A stretch of 64,000 bases of DNA from positions 1-64,000 of IMG/VR virus record IMGVR_UViG_3300045988_170943. One strand, written 5' to 3'. Made by a program: the position numbers and the translations under genes. Shown here piece after piece: positions 1-9,405 of the stretch. The notes under the pieces were generated by a model. The model was not told the DNA's origin, did no database searches, and was given only the letters and a program-made list of their open reading frames with translations. Position 1 is the stretch's first letter; each line of letters opens with the position of its first letter. This DNA comes from a virus.

Positions 1-355
1 GGAGCAGCAAGAGGCAGGGTGCCTTCAGGTGGGTACGTTGTCTTTTATGATGACTGTACGCACCCACCATGGGGACACCAAGGCAGGAGTGGCTGAGCAG
101 AGGCTTTACTTCTTCTTGGGTCCGGGATTCCTGGCTGCTGCGGACGGGCGGGATTGGCACATGGGTTGAGGCATGCTCTCCGTTGAGGCGGATCCGACTA
201 ACACCAGGGGAGGGCGATCAGATGCCGGTATCGCTGGCGTGGATGTGTCCTGGATGTCGATGACGATGAGTGAGATCCAGGGCGCTGAGTCCTTCTATCA
301 CGCTGACGGCCCACCCTTGGTGAGCCCCTGCCGCTCAGGGTACCGCCTTGTGTTT

Positions 356-450
356 GCGTGTGAATGTGGCTCAGTTCACTCCTTTCAGGGTTGTATTGCT
401 GGTGTTGAGTATGTATGGTTGTCTCATCAGAACCGGAGAGCACAAGGCTG
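356..450 (+). promoter_or_regulatory. promoter-leader cassette copy (box GTGAAT-N8-CAGTTCAC, -35 GGTTGT, -10 TATGGT, leader TCATCAGAACCGGAGAGCACAAGGC)
   Basis: Shares the box, -35/-10 and leader with at least 18 other copies. A gene start lies about 25 nt downstream at 477. Confidence 0.55.
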
Positions 451-476
451 AACCGGAAGAACAAAAGGAGAGTCTA

Positions 477-656
477 ATGGAGACTGAGCGCGCCGCCAAA
501 ATTGCCAGAGCGATGATTGAACACGCGGAGCATGGACACAGGGTGGCTGGGAGTGATCGACTGAGGGACTGGTTCATGGATCAGATCACTCTGGCCGAGT
601 GGCTTCTTGAGAAGGTCGAGGATCCATCCTGCTCAGAAGAGATTGCCCATCTCTGA
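477..656 (+). CDS. hypothetical protein (59 aa, His/Glu-rich)
   Basis: ATG at 477 with RBS AAAAGGAGAG 6 nt upstream, directly behind cassette copy 1. Lies in the frame of track ORF 348..656. Confidence 0.45.
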   Translation: METERAAKIARAMIEHAEHGHRVAGSDRLRDWFMDQITLAEWLLEKVEDPSCSEEIAHL

Positions 657-959
657 CAGATGACACCAGCACTAGCCTTGAGTACCATTTCAAGGTTAGT
701 GCTGGTTCTTTTACCTAGGTTTTCTGGTTGTGCTCAGCAATAGTCTCTGGTTGTATCCTGCTGCTGGTAATGACAGTATCTGCATTGATGGTCATAGCCG
801 CCAATCAGTGAAGTATCTGCTAAAAAGCCAGACTCTTTGGGAATCATAAACAAGTCCCTGGGTGTAGCAGCGAATGATTTGTCAATAAGGCGCAGTGGAA
901 CAGACAAACATCTGACTTTAAGAATCGTTACCCTAACAAAAAAAGAAAGTGAGATAATC

Positions 960-1346
960 ATGGCAAGTAAGCCACCTCGCCCATACTTCCAGGTAGACAC
1001 CAACTCAATCAAGGGAGAGTTCTTCTACTCCGACTTCCATGATGTGGAGGTGGAGGCAACTGACTTCTCTCCTCAGGAGTGGCGACAGATTTCCGCAGTC
1101 TTTAGGGAACCACTCATTATCATAACAGTGGCTAGAATTATTTTGACTGCTGTCATGATCTTGGTGACATACCTTCTGCTATCTTATGGCGGCATGTCTC
1201 TTCTTGGTGTGCTTGCAGGTCTCATTGGGTCACTGACCGCACTTGTCGCATTTCACCTGACCTTCCTTTGCCCTGAAGGCAACGATCACTCTTATGGTGT
1301 TGACTATCAGGTTCTGGAAGATGATTCACCTGAGCCGAAAGAATGA
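960..1346 (+). CDS. hypothetical membrane protein (2 predicted TM helices)
   Basis: Internal ATG of ORF 837..1346 with RBS AAAGAAAGTGAG. Hydrophobic stretches IIITVARIILTAVMILVTYLLL and LLGVLAGLIGSLTALVAF. Sits in an AT-richer patch. Confidence 0.45.
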   Translation: MASKPPRPYFQVDTNSIKGEFFYSDFHDVEVEATDFSPQEWRQISAVFREPLIIITVARIILTAVMILVTYLLLSYGGMSLLGVLAGLIGSLTALVAFHLTFLCPEGNDHSYGVDYQVLEDDSPEPKE

Positions 1347-1476
1347 AATAGCACAGAACAGAAGTAGGGATTGACTCGGTTCTCAGCCGCCGCTTTTTCT
1401 GCGTCTTAGGTGATTTCCACCTGGTGCAATGACTTCATCTGCTGGTGCCGTACAGAAAAATGGATGCGTACGAGAG

Positions 1477-1560
1477 GGGTGTGACTCAGTTCACTCGTAC
1501 CAGGCTTGCGGGGTGGCAGTGGCTGATGTACGCTTGAGTCATCGCCGGAGGGAAGAGCCC
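1477..1560 (+). promoter_or_regulatory. promoter-leader cassette copy (GTGTGACTCAGTTCAC, CTTGCGG, leader TGAGTCATCGCCGGAGGGAAGAGCCC)
   Basis: Near-consensus copy, about 28 nt upstream of the ATG at 1588. Confidence 0.6.
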
Positions 1561-1587
1561 AACGGCAAAACTTGAAGGAGACAAACC

Positions 1588-1806
1588 ATGAACAACCTTT
1601 TCAGCCCCGCTAAGACCGTGAACTTTGACATGATCGGACAGGACGGTAACGCGTTCGTCCTGATCGGCGGCTGGCGTCAGCAGGCTCGCCGTGAGGGTTG
1701 GTCCTCTGCGGACATTGACAAGGTGGTCAACGAGGCGACCTCAGGTAACTATGATCACCTGATCGTCACTCTGGCGGCCCACTCGGAGTCGGAGGAGGGT
1801 TGGTGA
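1588..1806 (+). CDS. hypothetical protein (72 aa)
   Basis: ORF track entry. RBS GAAGGAGACAAACC before the ATG. Preceded by a cassette copy. Confidence 0.55.
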   Translation: MNNLFSPAKTVNFDMIGQDGNAFVLIGGWRQQARREGWSSADIDKVVNEATSGNYDHLIVTLAAHSESEEGW

Positions 1807-2037
1807 CCCTGTAAGGCACCCTGTTGGGGGTGGGTCTTAGCATCATCTGCTAGGGTCCACCCCCATTTTGTTGCCCATGCTTGTTAGTAGGCTCTTTCCT
1901 CATCTCTACCGTGCTCTTGCCCGTATATGACCTGGTTCACTTGTGCTGGGGTTGTGGTCTTGGCTGGGTGTGGGTTAGGGTTGTGTCAGCAAGAGGCCGG
2001 GCGGTAAGGGTCTGGCCGTGAACCGAGGAGTGGCCTC

Positions 2038-2193
2038 ATGTTTGTTCGTATTGCCTGGATGTCATGGGTTGTGGCGGCCCTGTTTGCGGCTGCTGCCGTT
2101 ATCAACAATCACAGCAACAGCCCGATGACGCTGGTACTTGCTCTGGCCGGTGCCTTCTTCTATTTGAAGGCGGATGAGTCCTGCAAGTCCTAG
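2038..2193 (+). CDS. small hydrophobic protein (51 aa, 2 TM)
   Basis: Not in the track because it is under 60 aa. ATG at 2038 with RBS CGAGGAG at -7. Sequence MFVRIAWMSWVVAALFAAAAVINNHSNSPMTLVLALAGAFFYLKADESCKS. Confidence 0.35.
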   Translation: MFVRIAWMSWVVAALFAAAAVINNHSNSPMTLVLALAGAFFYLKADESCKS

Positions 2194-2291
2194 GGGGAGT
2201 GAGCCCCAAAGGGGGCTGGACTTTGGGCCTGGTGGCTGGTACGATTGCGGTGCTGGCCCCAGGCCTTCTTGCGTATACGAGCAGGTGAAGG

Positions 2292-3050
2292 ATGCCACGA
2301 AAGGCAAGCGGGGCAGTGACACGCGAGAACGGAAACTCTATGGGAGATAACAGCATTATTGACGACCTGCTGGCAGCCACAAGACCAGACCAGTACACGA
2401 TCCTGGCTAGTGACGACTGGTCTGGCCTGGAGTACGCACCCCTGGTTGAGGCTGCTGTCTCACTGGGGCAGGAAGTCGTCACGGTCGAGCACTCGTGGGA
2501 GGGAGGAAACTATACGGTGAACCATGACCAGGGTGGGTACCGCTATCGCCTCATGATGAGTGGGTTCGGTAACCCCTTCCGTCTCATCCATGGTTCCGTC
2601 CGTGTTGCGGTCCCTGTGCGGGATTGTACCCTCATCGCCATATTTGATGAGGTTCAGGCTGGTGATGTGCGTGAGGTTGTGGAGGGCCTGGGGCAGGATC
2701 TTCAGGTTCTCCGCCTCGCCGCCATCGCCCTGAACGCCAGTGATGATAGCCTGTATGTGCTTGGTGGGGACTACAGCAAGACGGCTGTTATCGACCGCGC
2801 TACCAAAACCACCATTAGCGTTCAGGGCAACAAGCGTCAGGTGCACGCCGTCATCGCTGAGGTGAAGGTGCTGCACCAGCCTGACGGGGCACTAAGGGTG
2901 GTTGTGGACCCACCGGACTGGGGAAGAGGCTGGGACGTGCCGAATACTGGTAAGGTCCTGGACGCCCTGATCGCAGAATCTGGTGGGGTATTCACTGGCG
3001 ACGGCAACAACGTGCTGGATGTGCACCTACCGGCCCCTGAGGGTGTTTAA
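2292..3050 (+). CDS. hypothetical protein (252 aa)
   Basis: Long ORF with protein-like composition. The start is uncertain; an alternative ATG is near 2340. Confidence 0.5.
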   Translation: MPRKASGAVTRENGNSMGDNSIIDDLLAATRPDQYTILASDDWSGLEYAPLVEAAVSLGQEVVTVEHSWEGGNYTVNHDQGGYRYRLMMSGFGNPFRLIHGSVRVAVPVRDCTLIAIFDEVQAGDVREVVEGLGQDLQVLRLAAIALNASDDSLYVLGGDYSKTAVIDRATKTTISVQGNKRQVHAVIAEVKVLHQPDGALRVVVDPPDWGRGWDVPNTGKVLDALIAESGGVFTGDGNNVLDVHLPAPEGV

Positions 3051-3154
3051 CAGACAGGTGCTAGGAGTCGCCGTCACGAGACACCCAGCAGTAGGCACTC
3101 AACCCGAGGACGGGCACTGCTGTCCCCTTCTGTGTGTTCTAGCGTGCCGTATGG

Positions 3155-3235
3155 TGTGATCCACATCACTTGTTCTGGGCTTGCGGGGAGTAGGGGGTGT
3201 GCTATACGCTAGAGTCAACAAGTCAAGGACAAAGG
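3155..3235 (+). promoter_or_regulatory. promoter-leader cassette, variant copy (GTGTGATCCACATCAC, CTTGCGG, TATACG, leader CTAGAGTCAACAAG)
   Basis: Matches the cassette architecture with substitutions in the box. Lies 30 nt upstream of the ATG at 3266. Confidence 0.5.
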
Positions 3236-3265
3236 GTCCTGGCGCGATTCCAAGGAGCACACGAA

Positions 3266-3610
3266 ATGACCAAGATCAAGATGGCTCTCGCCGAGGCCCG
3301 CGACAACAAGAACGTCGATCAGGCCACTCTGGAGGCGGGCGTCAGGGCCATCACCAATGCTCTCGGCCCTGACGCAGAGATTTACCTTGTTCATGCAGAC
3401 GAGGAAGGCGGAGAGGTCTCCATTTACGGGAAGCACGAGCAGTGGCACTCCGTTCTGACAGTGAAGAGCCGTCGGGGCGACAACTTTAAGTTCAACGCCT
3501 GGGGATCCTTCACGGATCGCTTTGGCGACTGGTACCATGAGCACTCCGATGAGGGCAATGCCCAGTTCATGTCGGATGTTACGGCCTCAGTGCTTGACAA
3601 CGCCTACTGA
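3266..3610 (+). CDS. hypothetical protein (114 aa)
   Basis: Internal ATG of ORF 3197..3610 (24th codon) with RBS CAAGGAGCAC. Followed by terminator hairpin 3623..3668. Confidence 0.55.
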   Translation: MTKIKMALAEARDNKNVDQATLEAGVRAITNALGPDAEIYLVHADEEGGEVSIYGKHEQWHSVLTVKSRRGDNFKFNAWGSFTDRFGDWYHEHSDEGNAQFMSDVTASVLDNAY

Positions 3611-3622
3611 ACCCTCATCTTC

Positions 3623-3668
3623 AAGACCCCAGGTAGTCAGACAGTGCTACCTGGGGTCTTCGTTTATG
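3623..3668. terminator. rho-independent terminator hairpin (AAGACCCCAGGTAG / CTACCTGGGGTCTT, then T-rich CGTTTATG)
   Basis: A 14-bp inverted repeat between the convergent genes 3266..3610 (+) and 3762..4202 (-). It probably acts in both directions. Confidence 0.6.
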
Positions 3669-3761
3669 TGGGTCATGGGGGGTGTCGCGCTGAGTCTGGG
3701 GCGGGCGCTCTCAGCGATTGTCGTACCCCTAGGTGCCGCTCAGCGTATTGTGCTTGTGGCT

Positions 3762-4202
3762 CTACGTGCCCGAGTATGCTTTCACTGCGTCGGCCATGCC
3801 CGGCTTGGTGGCCTTGTACTCCTCACGTACCCCGTCAGGGTGGGCGACGGCGAGGACTCCGGTGCGGTCTGCCTTGAGGTCCAGGACGACCATGGTCCTG
3901 GCTGGTGCTGCCACGCATCTTCCGTCGTCTCCGACCTGGTGAGACAGGGTGGGGTAGTGCTTGATGTCCATGTCGCGCACGGAGAGGACGTGGCAGCCTT
4001 CCTGGGAGGCAAGTTCCCGCGCCAGTGTCTCCGCCTTGCTGTCCTTGTCTGTGCCCGCTGTGGCCTTCCTGGTGGCGTCCTGGTAGGTGTTTACGACTGC
4101 GGCCAGCGTGTCACTTAGGCTGCCGGTGTAGGTGAGGGTTCGTACCCTGATGTAGTCGCGCTTCTTGACGACGAGCGGCACGATAATGTTGACGAGAGTC
4201 AT
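3762..4202 (-). CDS. hypothetical protein (146 aa), co-oriented directly 3' of the TnpB-like gene
   Basis: The minus ORF has protein-like composition, whereas the overlapping plus ORF 3522..4118 is Cys/Arg-rich and looks like wrong-frame noise. Confidence 0.45.
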   Translation of the reverse strand: MTLVNIIVPLVVKKRDYIRVRTLTYTGSLSDTLAAVVNTYQDATRKATAGTDKDSKAETLARELASQEGCHVLSVRDMDIKHYPTLSHQVGDDGRCVAAPARTMVVLDLKADRTGVLAVAHPDGVREEYKATKPGMADAVKAYSGT

Positions 4203-4289
4203 GGCGGAATGTAGGCCTGTCTTCTTTGGGGTGTGGTGGGGCCTGGCGGTCGCTTATCGGCCCTGGACCCATGTGTGCTCGCGCACCCT

Positions 4290-5995
4290 GTTTTGTGAGG
4301 TTGTGTCCAGGGGCGGCATGTCATGGTATCACGCAACATGTCCGTCTCGCAACACTCGCTGACTAGGTTGGGGATCCCCTAGAATCTAGGGTTTCCCTCA
4401 CCATCATCAGCGTCGCCTCCAAACAGTTGTTGGAGGTACCGGTGTGTCCCTGGATTCCACCCAAGACAGTGACCGGCTTCGACTGCCGTGTAACAGCCGA
4501 ACTTCGCTCTAACGTTCTCTGACGAAGCAGTAAGCGCATTCTCTCTCGTGATCGGGATGACTGGGATGTCGCGCGCAGCGCAATCTCACGACTGGCACTC
4601 ACATCTCTGTTCAGTGAGAAACCACAAACTGTGCAGGCGCCAACTCGCGTCTTCGAGTTATTCGATACCTGACCGCCACATCTAGAACAGGTTCTAGATG
4701 TGTTCTTGGCACTCACCTTAACCACCTTCAGGCCATAACGCTTAGCGGTTTTCTCGATCCTGTGCTGTATCTCGGCATGAGGCCAGCGACCGCCTTGAGA
4801 GTCCAGCCAGGACAGGTTCTCTAAAGACAGGTGGGCATCGCTCTTCTCAGCGATTCCCACTACCTGGCTGGCGATACACTGACTGATCTCATGCTTGATC
4901 CTAGTGGCCTTAGCGCTGACTCTTTTCGCCTCGGTTCTGAGAACCTGGGCGTGAAAGTCCCGATTGTGTTTCTCACAAAGGTTTGCTCGCTCGTACAGAT
5001 GGGCGGCTAGAGTACGACGCTGCCGCTCCTTCTTAACTAGAGAGCCGATCCGTTTCTTATAGTTGGCGTGATACGGAGCAGACCTGTGCTTGTTCTCAGG
5101 GTCAAGGACGGTAGCGACGAACGGCTCCACCTTACCCAGGTCAACACCCATGACATTCTTGGTCTGACGAGTATCCACTTCATGCTCGATAGCGACATCA
5201 AAGACGACCCGACCTTTACTGTTCAGTCTGATGGTTGGGCGACAGACCTTGCCATCACCAAATCTCTCGCTGTTCTCTGGTAACCTGAGACTAATCTTGG
5301 TGAGACCATAAGTAGGCGTCTTCACCTGAACAACAACATTCAACGGATCGCTGTCGTCTCGAACTGCCTTAGGTGCGAAGTAGGTGTCACACACAGCCAG
5401 GTTCAGTTTGGCGCTCACTCCTGGTAGAGACGCTTTACGCTCACCTTTCTTGTGGTACCTGATCAGGTGAGCACGGATCATTCCACTGGTCGGTTGCGGG
5501 GCATCAGGATAGGTTCTTCTGTAGCAGGAGAGGATCTTTTCTGGGCTGGTCTCCTTAGGGTGAGTGTTCATTACCTGGAATAAACCCACTGAGATGGCAT
5601 AATCCTCTAGAGCGCCAACCGCATTGGTGACCAGCATCTCGTTCATGTTGTGCTTCTGAAACTCAAAGTCGTAGCGAGGCAGTCTCTTCCTGCCCCAGGA
5701 GTTCAAGGAACCAGTCGGCCTGTCACCTTTCAGGGTCTTCACTGCCAGGTCGTGAAACTCTGAACCGGCAAGCACCTCTCGTTCTGACTCGGCCATCCAG
5801 GTAACCATCTGAGCCAGATCGCGTTCAACCTGCTCCACGTCAACCCTGTTTTCTGTGGTGAACCTGTGCCTAGTCACCGTGTCATAGTATCTCACAGGTT
5901 CACCTCCTCTTGAATGGGTTGATTAGTAGCACCTATATAGTGTATTGTAGTACAGAGTGACTTGATACTGCAAGTCAAGGGATTGTAAAGGATCT
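4290..5995 (-). mobile_element. IS200/IS605-type element carrying only a TnpB-like gene (no TnpA); ends approximate
   Basis: Holds the TnpB-like ORF. The AT-rich 5' flank 5905..5990 carries the hairpin GACTTG-atactg-CAAGTC (5966..5983). The 3' flank carries the palindromes GGGGATCCCC and CCCTAGAATCTAGGG (about 4365..4400). Exact ends and target site are not determinable by eye. Confidence 0.5.
4363..5895 (-). CDS. tnpB: TnpB-like RNA-guided endonuclease (IS605 OrfB family; split RuvC with zinc finger), 510 aa
   Basis: Carries a split RuvC: GVDLGKVEPFV (RuvC-I Asp), LSLENLSW (RuvC-II Glu), a zinc finger CSRCG..(x12)..CTVCG, and NRDVSAS (RuvC-III Asp). No HNH domain is present, so it is not IscB or Cas9. 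Confidence 0.8.
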   Translation of the reverse strand: MRYYDTVTRHRFTTENRVDVEQVERDLAQMVTWMAESEREVLAGSEFHDLAVKTLKGDRPTGSLNSWGRKRLPRYDFEFQKHNMNEMLVTNAVGALEDYAISVGLFQVMNTHPKETSPEKILSCYRRTYPDAPQPTSGMIRAHLIRYHKKGERKASLPGVSAKLNLAVCDTYFAPKAVRDDSDPLNVVVQVKTPTYGLTKISLRLPENSERFGDGKVCRPTIRLNSKGRVVFDVAIEHEVDTRQTKNVMGVDLGKVEPFVATVLDPENKHRSAPYHANYKKRIGSLVKKERQRRTLAAHLYERANLCEKHNRDFHAQVLRTEAKRVSAKATRIKHEISQCIASQVVGIAEKSDAHLSLENLSWLDSQGGRWPHAEIQHRIEKTAKRYGLKVVKVSAKNTSRTCSRCGGQVSNNSKTRVGACTVCGFSLNRDVSASREIALRATSQSSRSRERMRLLLRQRTLERSSAVTRQSKPVTVLGGIQGHTGTSNNCLEATLMMVRETLDSRGSPT

Positions 5996-6234
5996 GTGTG
6001 ACTGCGGGCGACAGTTGCGTGTGGCCGGGGTTGATCCGCCGCCCCAGTGATCATCTGTGTTGACGGCCCCTGAAGTGCGGTGGCTCTGGAATGAGGGTTT
6101 TGCTCCGGTTTGTCTTGTCACTGACACCACTGGTTTCAGGTTGCGTCCATCACCTGTTGAGCACTAAACTTGCAGCATACGCACAGGAACCACCCAGAAG
6201 AACATGAGGGTGGTGCGCAACAAGGGAGGCCCAC

Positions 6235-6444
6235 ATGGCAGCCATTACGGAGACCACGGTCCAGGACGTGCAGGCTGGAGACCGGATCCTATCCCCAGCC
6301 GACGGAAGGATCTGGGTAGTTGACGCCGTGTTCCAGGACAACCACGGCACCTACACGCTGGTGCTCACCCGCGACGACAAGGGGCTGCACCTGTACGACC
6401 ACCACCTGCTAGGCCGCCACGCGATCCTTGACGTCGCGCGGTAG
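6235..6444 (+). CDS. hypothetical protein (69 aa)
   Basis: ORF track entry. RBS CAAGGGAGGCCCAC before the ATG. Confidence 0.45.
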   Translation: MAAITETTVQDVQAGDRILSPADGRIWVVDAVFQDNHGTYTLVLTRDDKGLHLYDHHLLGRHAILDVAR

Positions 6445-6644
6445 AGCGCGAGGGGCACCAAGTCGCCCCGCTCTGGTACTGTCGGCCCAACGTCCCGCCC
6501 CTGGGTCTCCTAGACCGGAACGCACAAGCGCCCTGTTGACGACGCGGCCCACTCTCTGCTACTATTGGCCGCATTAGGTCGCTCTCCAACCCATGGAGAC
6601 AGTGCAGACCATGACGACAGTAGGGCAGCAGAAAGGCGGGTGGC

Positions 6645-7415
6645 GTGTTGCTGGAGAAGATAACCCCCAAGACCGTCTACGACAAGCAGAAATGTGACTA
6701 CCTCAACAGGGTCATATGGGATTGGAACAATAGTGCGCCAGTAGTTAGGCGAGTGCTTGGTGATCACGTCCTTCCTGCTGACAGTGAGATGCAGGCGATC
6801 CTAACTGAAGACGGCTTGCTCATGGTAACCAAGGCTGGCCATTTCATCGACAAGGTGAACCGTGTCATGCCCCTTCAGGCGAGCCGCGCCCTACTGACCC
6901 TACTAACTAGCGGCCGGGACGCAACAAACGGAGGCGAGATACATGCCCTCACGTGTGCCAGGTTCCCTAACGAATCCGCAACTAGGATACAACCAGATAC
7001 CCACAGAGCCATCAAAGACATCAAACGGGTGTACAAGAAGACCAAAAGGACACTGAGCAATGTTATTCTGTCACCCGACTGCCAGGATGCGTGGGTGGCA
7101 GTCTCTACCACGATGGATGTACTGCTGGGGAAGATGCCACCCAACTTCAACCTCGACTACCTGGCACACCTGACGGATTCCATGCTGTTCCAGGCGGAGA
7201 GACTGCTATCTGCGGCACAGACAGTACGGTTCCTGAACTCAGACGCGGATGCGCCAAGCGAGTCCGTAGAGGCCGCAGATACCTTCCTGTTGTCAGACAT
7301 CAACAGGCTGACCCCGCTCGCCACGGAGGCGGTGGAGATCATGCGTCTGGTTATTGAGACTAACGTGATCATGAGAGCCAGAAAAGAGGCTAGGAGCAGT
7401 GATCGGAACTCTTAA
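6645..7415 (+). CDS. hypothetical protein (256 aa)
   Basis: Long ORF with a probable GTG start and RBS GAAAGGCGGG. Confidence 0.5.
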   Translation: MLLEKITPKTVYDKQKCDYLNRVIWDWNNSAPVVRRVLGDHVLPADSEMQAILTEDGLLMVTKAGHFIDKVNRVMPLQASRALLTLLTSGRDATNGGEIHALTCARFPNESATRIQPDTHRAIKDIKRVYKKTKRTLSNVILSPDCQDAWVAVSTTMDVLLGKMPPNFNLDYLAHLTDSMLFQAERLLSAAQTVRFLNSDADAPSESVEAADTFLLSDINRLTPLATEAVEIMRLVIETNVIMRARKEARSSDRNS

Positions 7416-7827
7416 CAGCAATGGTGATAGCCCCGAGCCCCTACCAGCAGAAAAGGTAGACGACCTGGCGGCACAGTGGTATGACGACAGCGAGAGTCGC
7501 TACTGCTGGACCGAGGATGGGCCACCCACGTTCAACCCGGCAGGCACCCGCGGGCCACAACCGAAACCACCAGCAGGATGCGACACCCCAGTGATCGCCC
7601 GGGCTGGGGATGCCAGGAGGTTCACGCACGTTTTCCTTGACGACGGGCGCTGGTGGGGTTATGATGAGGTGCACGTGTGGCCGCCTAGCCGGTTCCATCC
7701 TACTGGGTGGGTGGAGTTCTCCTGCCAGGTGAATGGTTGGGGTGACATGCCGGACTGGTGGATGTTCTGCAACTGCCCACCAGAAGCCATGGTGTGGGTG
7801 GCCCGGGAATCACAGAGTGACGCTTAG
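7399..7827 (+). CDS. hypothetical protein (142 aa, Trp/Cys-rich C-terminus)
   Basis: Overlaps the upstream gene by 17 nt, which suggests operon coupling. The start codon is uncertain. Confidence 0.4.
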   Translation: MIGTLNSNGDSPEPLPAEKVDDLAAQWYDDSESRYCWTEDGPPTFNPAGTRGPQPKPPAGCDTPVIARAGDARRFTHVFLDDGRWWGYDEVHVWPPSRFHPTGWVEFSCQVNGWGDMPDWWMFCNCPPEAMVWVARESQSDA

Positions 7828-7860
7828 ATCGCAGATGAGTAGCAGTTGCACACAGAATAG

Positions 7861-8259
7861 GTGAGAGGAAAGCAGAAATTGAGTGATCATAAAGAGTCGG
7901 ACACTTGGGGGATTAGTGAGCCGCCGGAGATTCGCACACCGGATGGCGAACTGATCGAGCCGCGAATGTCGTATGCGACAGGTGCAGGGGGCTGCAACAT
8001 GATCCTCAAGTCAGGAAAATGGGCGCCTTATTGCAGAACGAACTACATGGGTGGGCCATTCTTCTCGTGTGTTGAGTTCCTGGACGAAACGGATAACTCA
8101 GTGTACACGTGCAGCAGCGATGAGCAAGTCTGGGTGGCCTACATGCCAGCAGCAAGAAAACCGTCCACGCCAGAGACAGAAGAGCCGTCTATGCCAGCAG
8201 TAAGAGAGCCCTCGCGTAGTGGGATTATTGGCGTGATCGCTAGGCTCTTGGGGTTCTGA
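7861..8259 (+). CDS. hypothetical protein (132 aa)
   Basis: ORF track entry with RBS GAGAGGAAAGCAG. An alternative TTG start at 7879 is possible. Confidence 0.45.
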   Translation: MRGKQKLSDHKESDTWGISEPPEIRTPDGELIEPRMSYATGAGGCNMILKSGKWAPYCRTNYMGGPFFSCVEFLDETDNSVYTCSSDEQVWVAYMPAARKPSTPETEEPSMPAVREPSRSGIIGVIARLLGF

Positions 8260-8771
8260 TGGGTATATTCAGCAGTGATCAGGGCGCTGCCGAACCGAAG
8301 ATGGTGAAGGTGGTGCCCAAGGACCGGTGGGCGCTCGCAGAACGTAAACGGCGTGAGGCCTCAGAGCGCGCCTTGAAGGTGGCGAACATGCTGGCCGACA
8401 GGTTCAGTGGCGTGGTGGAGCCCGTTGAGACCCCACTGGATCCAGGAGAGACGCCCATTAACGCCGGGATGCCACGAACATACCGGGTCAACACCGGGAA
8501 CACGAGAATCTACGTGCATACTGAGGTTCGTGGGTTGTGGGATCTCCGCTGCCCAGAAGAGGTCTACAATGGTATGCCCTATGAGAAGATACGCGAAATG
8601 GAGGACAAACTGGCGTCAGTGAAGGTCCTGGTAACCTTCATGTACAGATACTTCAAAGCGTCAGACGAGTCGTTCTACTGGGATAGTGAATACAGGGTAT
8701 CCTGGGATGACACATGTCAGGATGAGGATGAAATCAACAAGATAGAGAACGACAGGGTAGTCATGTGGTGA
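8259..8771 (+). CDS. hypothetical protein (170 aa)
   Basis: Its ATG overlaps the stop of the upstream gene in an ATGA arrangement, which indicates translational coupling. Confidence 0.5.
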   Translation: MGIFSSDQGAAEPKMVKVVPKDRWALAERKRREASERALKVANMLADRFSGVVEPVETPLDPGETPINAGMPRTYRVNTGNTRIYVHTEVRGLWDLRCPEEVYNGMPYEKIREMEDKLASVKVLVTFMYRYFKASDESFYWDSEYRVSWDDTCQDEDEINKIENDRVVMW

Positions 8772-8935
8772 ATGTGCCATCCTGTGGCCCACGTATCACA
8801 CCCAGAAGGATACCCCACAGGAAACAAAGGGGGGGAGTGCTGGTACCCGACAGCACATAGTGTCGCCAGCGAGCACAAACCCAGCAAAAACCCTACCAGC
8901 AACCATATAACCGGAAACAGATAGAAGCAACAGCC

Positions 8936-9196
8936 ATGATGCGAATACCTGCCAGAGCCATCATCCCAGGAGACCACGTGCTCATCAAATGCATCCGGTC
9001 CACAGGCGTCGTCGATGATGTGCGCCCATCCCAGTATGACCCTCAGAAACTCAGCATCACCTTCCGGGACAGTGAACGACTCTTCGGCACCAGGGTCAGT
9101 ATCACAGCAGACCGGGAGGCTCCCGTCAACGTCACCAAGATGGCGGGTACCCCTACCACCAGTAGGCAGCGGCGGCAGGGCGGCCGCATCTACTGA
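8936..9196 (+). CDS. hypothetical protein (86 aa)
   Basis: ORF track entry with a weak RBS. Competes with the antisense ORF 8717..9346. Confidence 0.3.
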   Translation: MMRIPARAIIPGDHVLIKCIRSTGVVDDVRPSQYDPQKLSITFRDSERLFGTRVSITADREAPVNVTKMAGTPTTSRQRRQGGRIY

Positions 9197-9405
9197 CACC
9201 AGGGAGACCCGACAGCAGTATCCTGCTCTAGGAGCACAGGCAGCAGATGCAGGCATACAGGTGCGGGCCAACGGCGTCAAACAGAAGAATACGTAGCAGG
9301 AGAAGGAGACGAAGATCTCCATACGACACAGCACCCAGCCTATCACGGTCTGCTACAATAACCCACGAAACACTACTGTCAACACTATAGGAAGGCGATG
9401 CCAGA

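Noticed and set aside
3522-4118. 198-aa plus ORF overlapping 3762..4202
   Set aside because: Its translation is Cys/Arg/Gly-rich and looks like wrong-frame noise. The minus ORF looks protein-like.
4363-5895. Possibility that the 510-aa nuclease is IscB or Cas9-like
   Set aside because: No HNH (HxxN...N) insertion is present. Only RuvC-I, II and III plus a single zinc finger are seen, which is a TnpB/Cas12-type layout.
6139-6200. GGTTTCAGGTTGCGTCC upstream of gene 6235 as another cassette copy
   Set aside because: Only the -35 resembles the consensus. The box, -10 and leader are not recognisable.
8717-9346. 209-aa minus ORF overlapping plus genes 8259..8771 and 8936..9196
   Set aside because: It is Cys-rich and low-complexity and overlaps an ATGA-coupled plus gene. 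It is probably spurious, though 8936..9196 itself is only weakly supported.
9374-9390. ACACTATAGGAAG resembling an SP6 or T7 promoter core, just upstream of the start of 9406
   Set aside because: An 8 to 9 nt match is expected by chance about twice in this window and there is no supporting upstream conservation.
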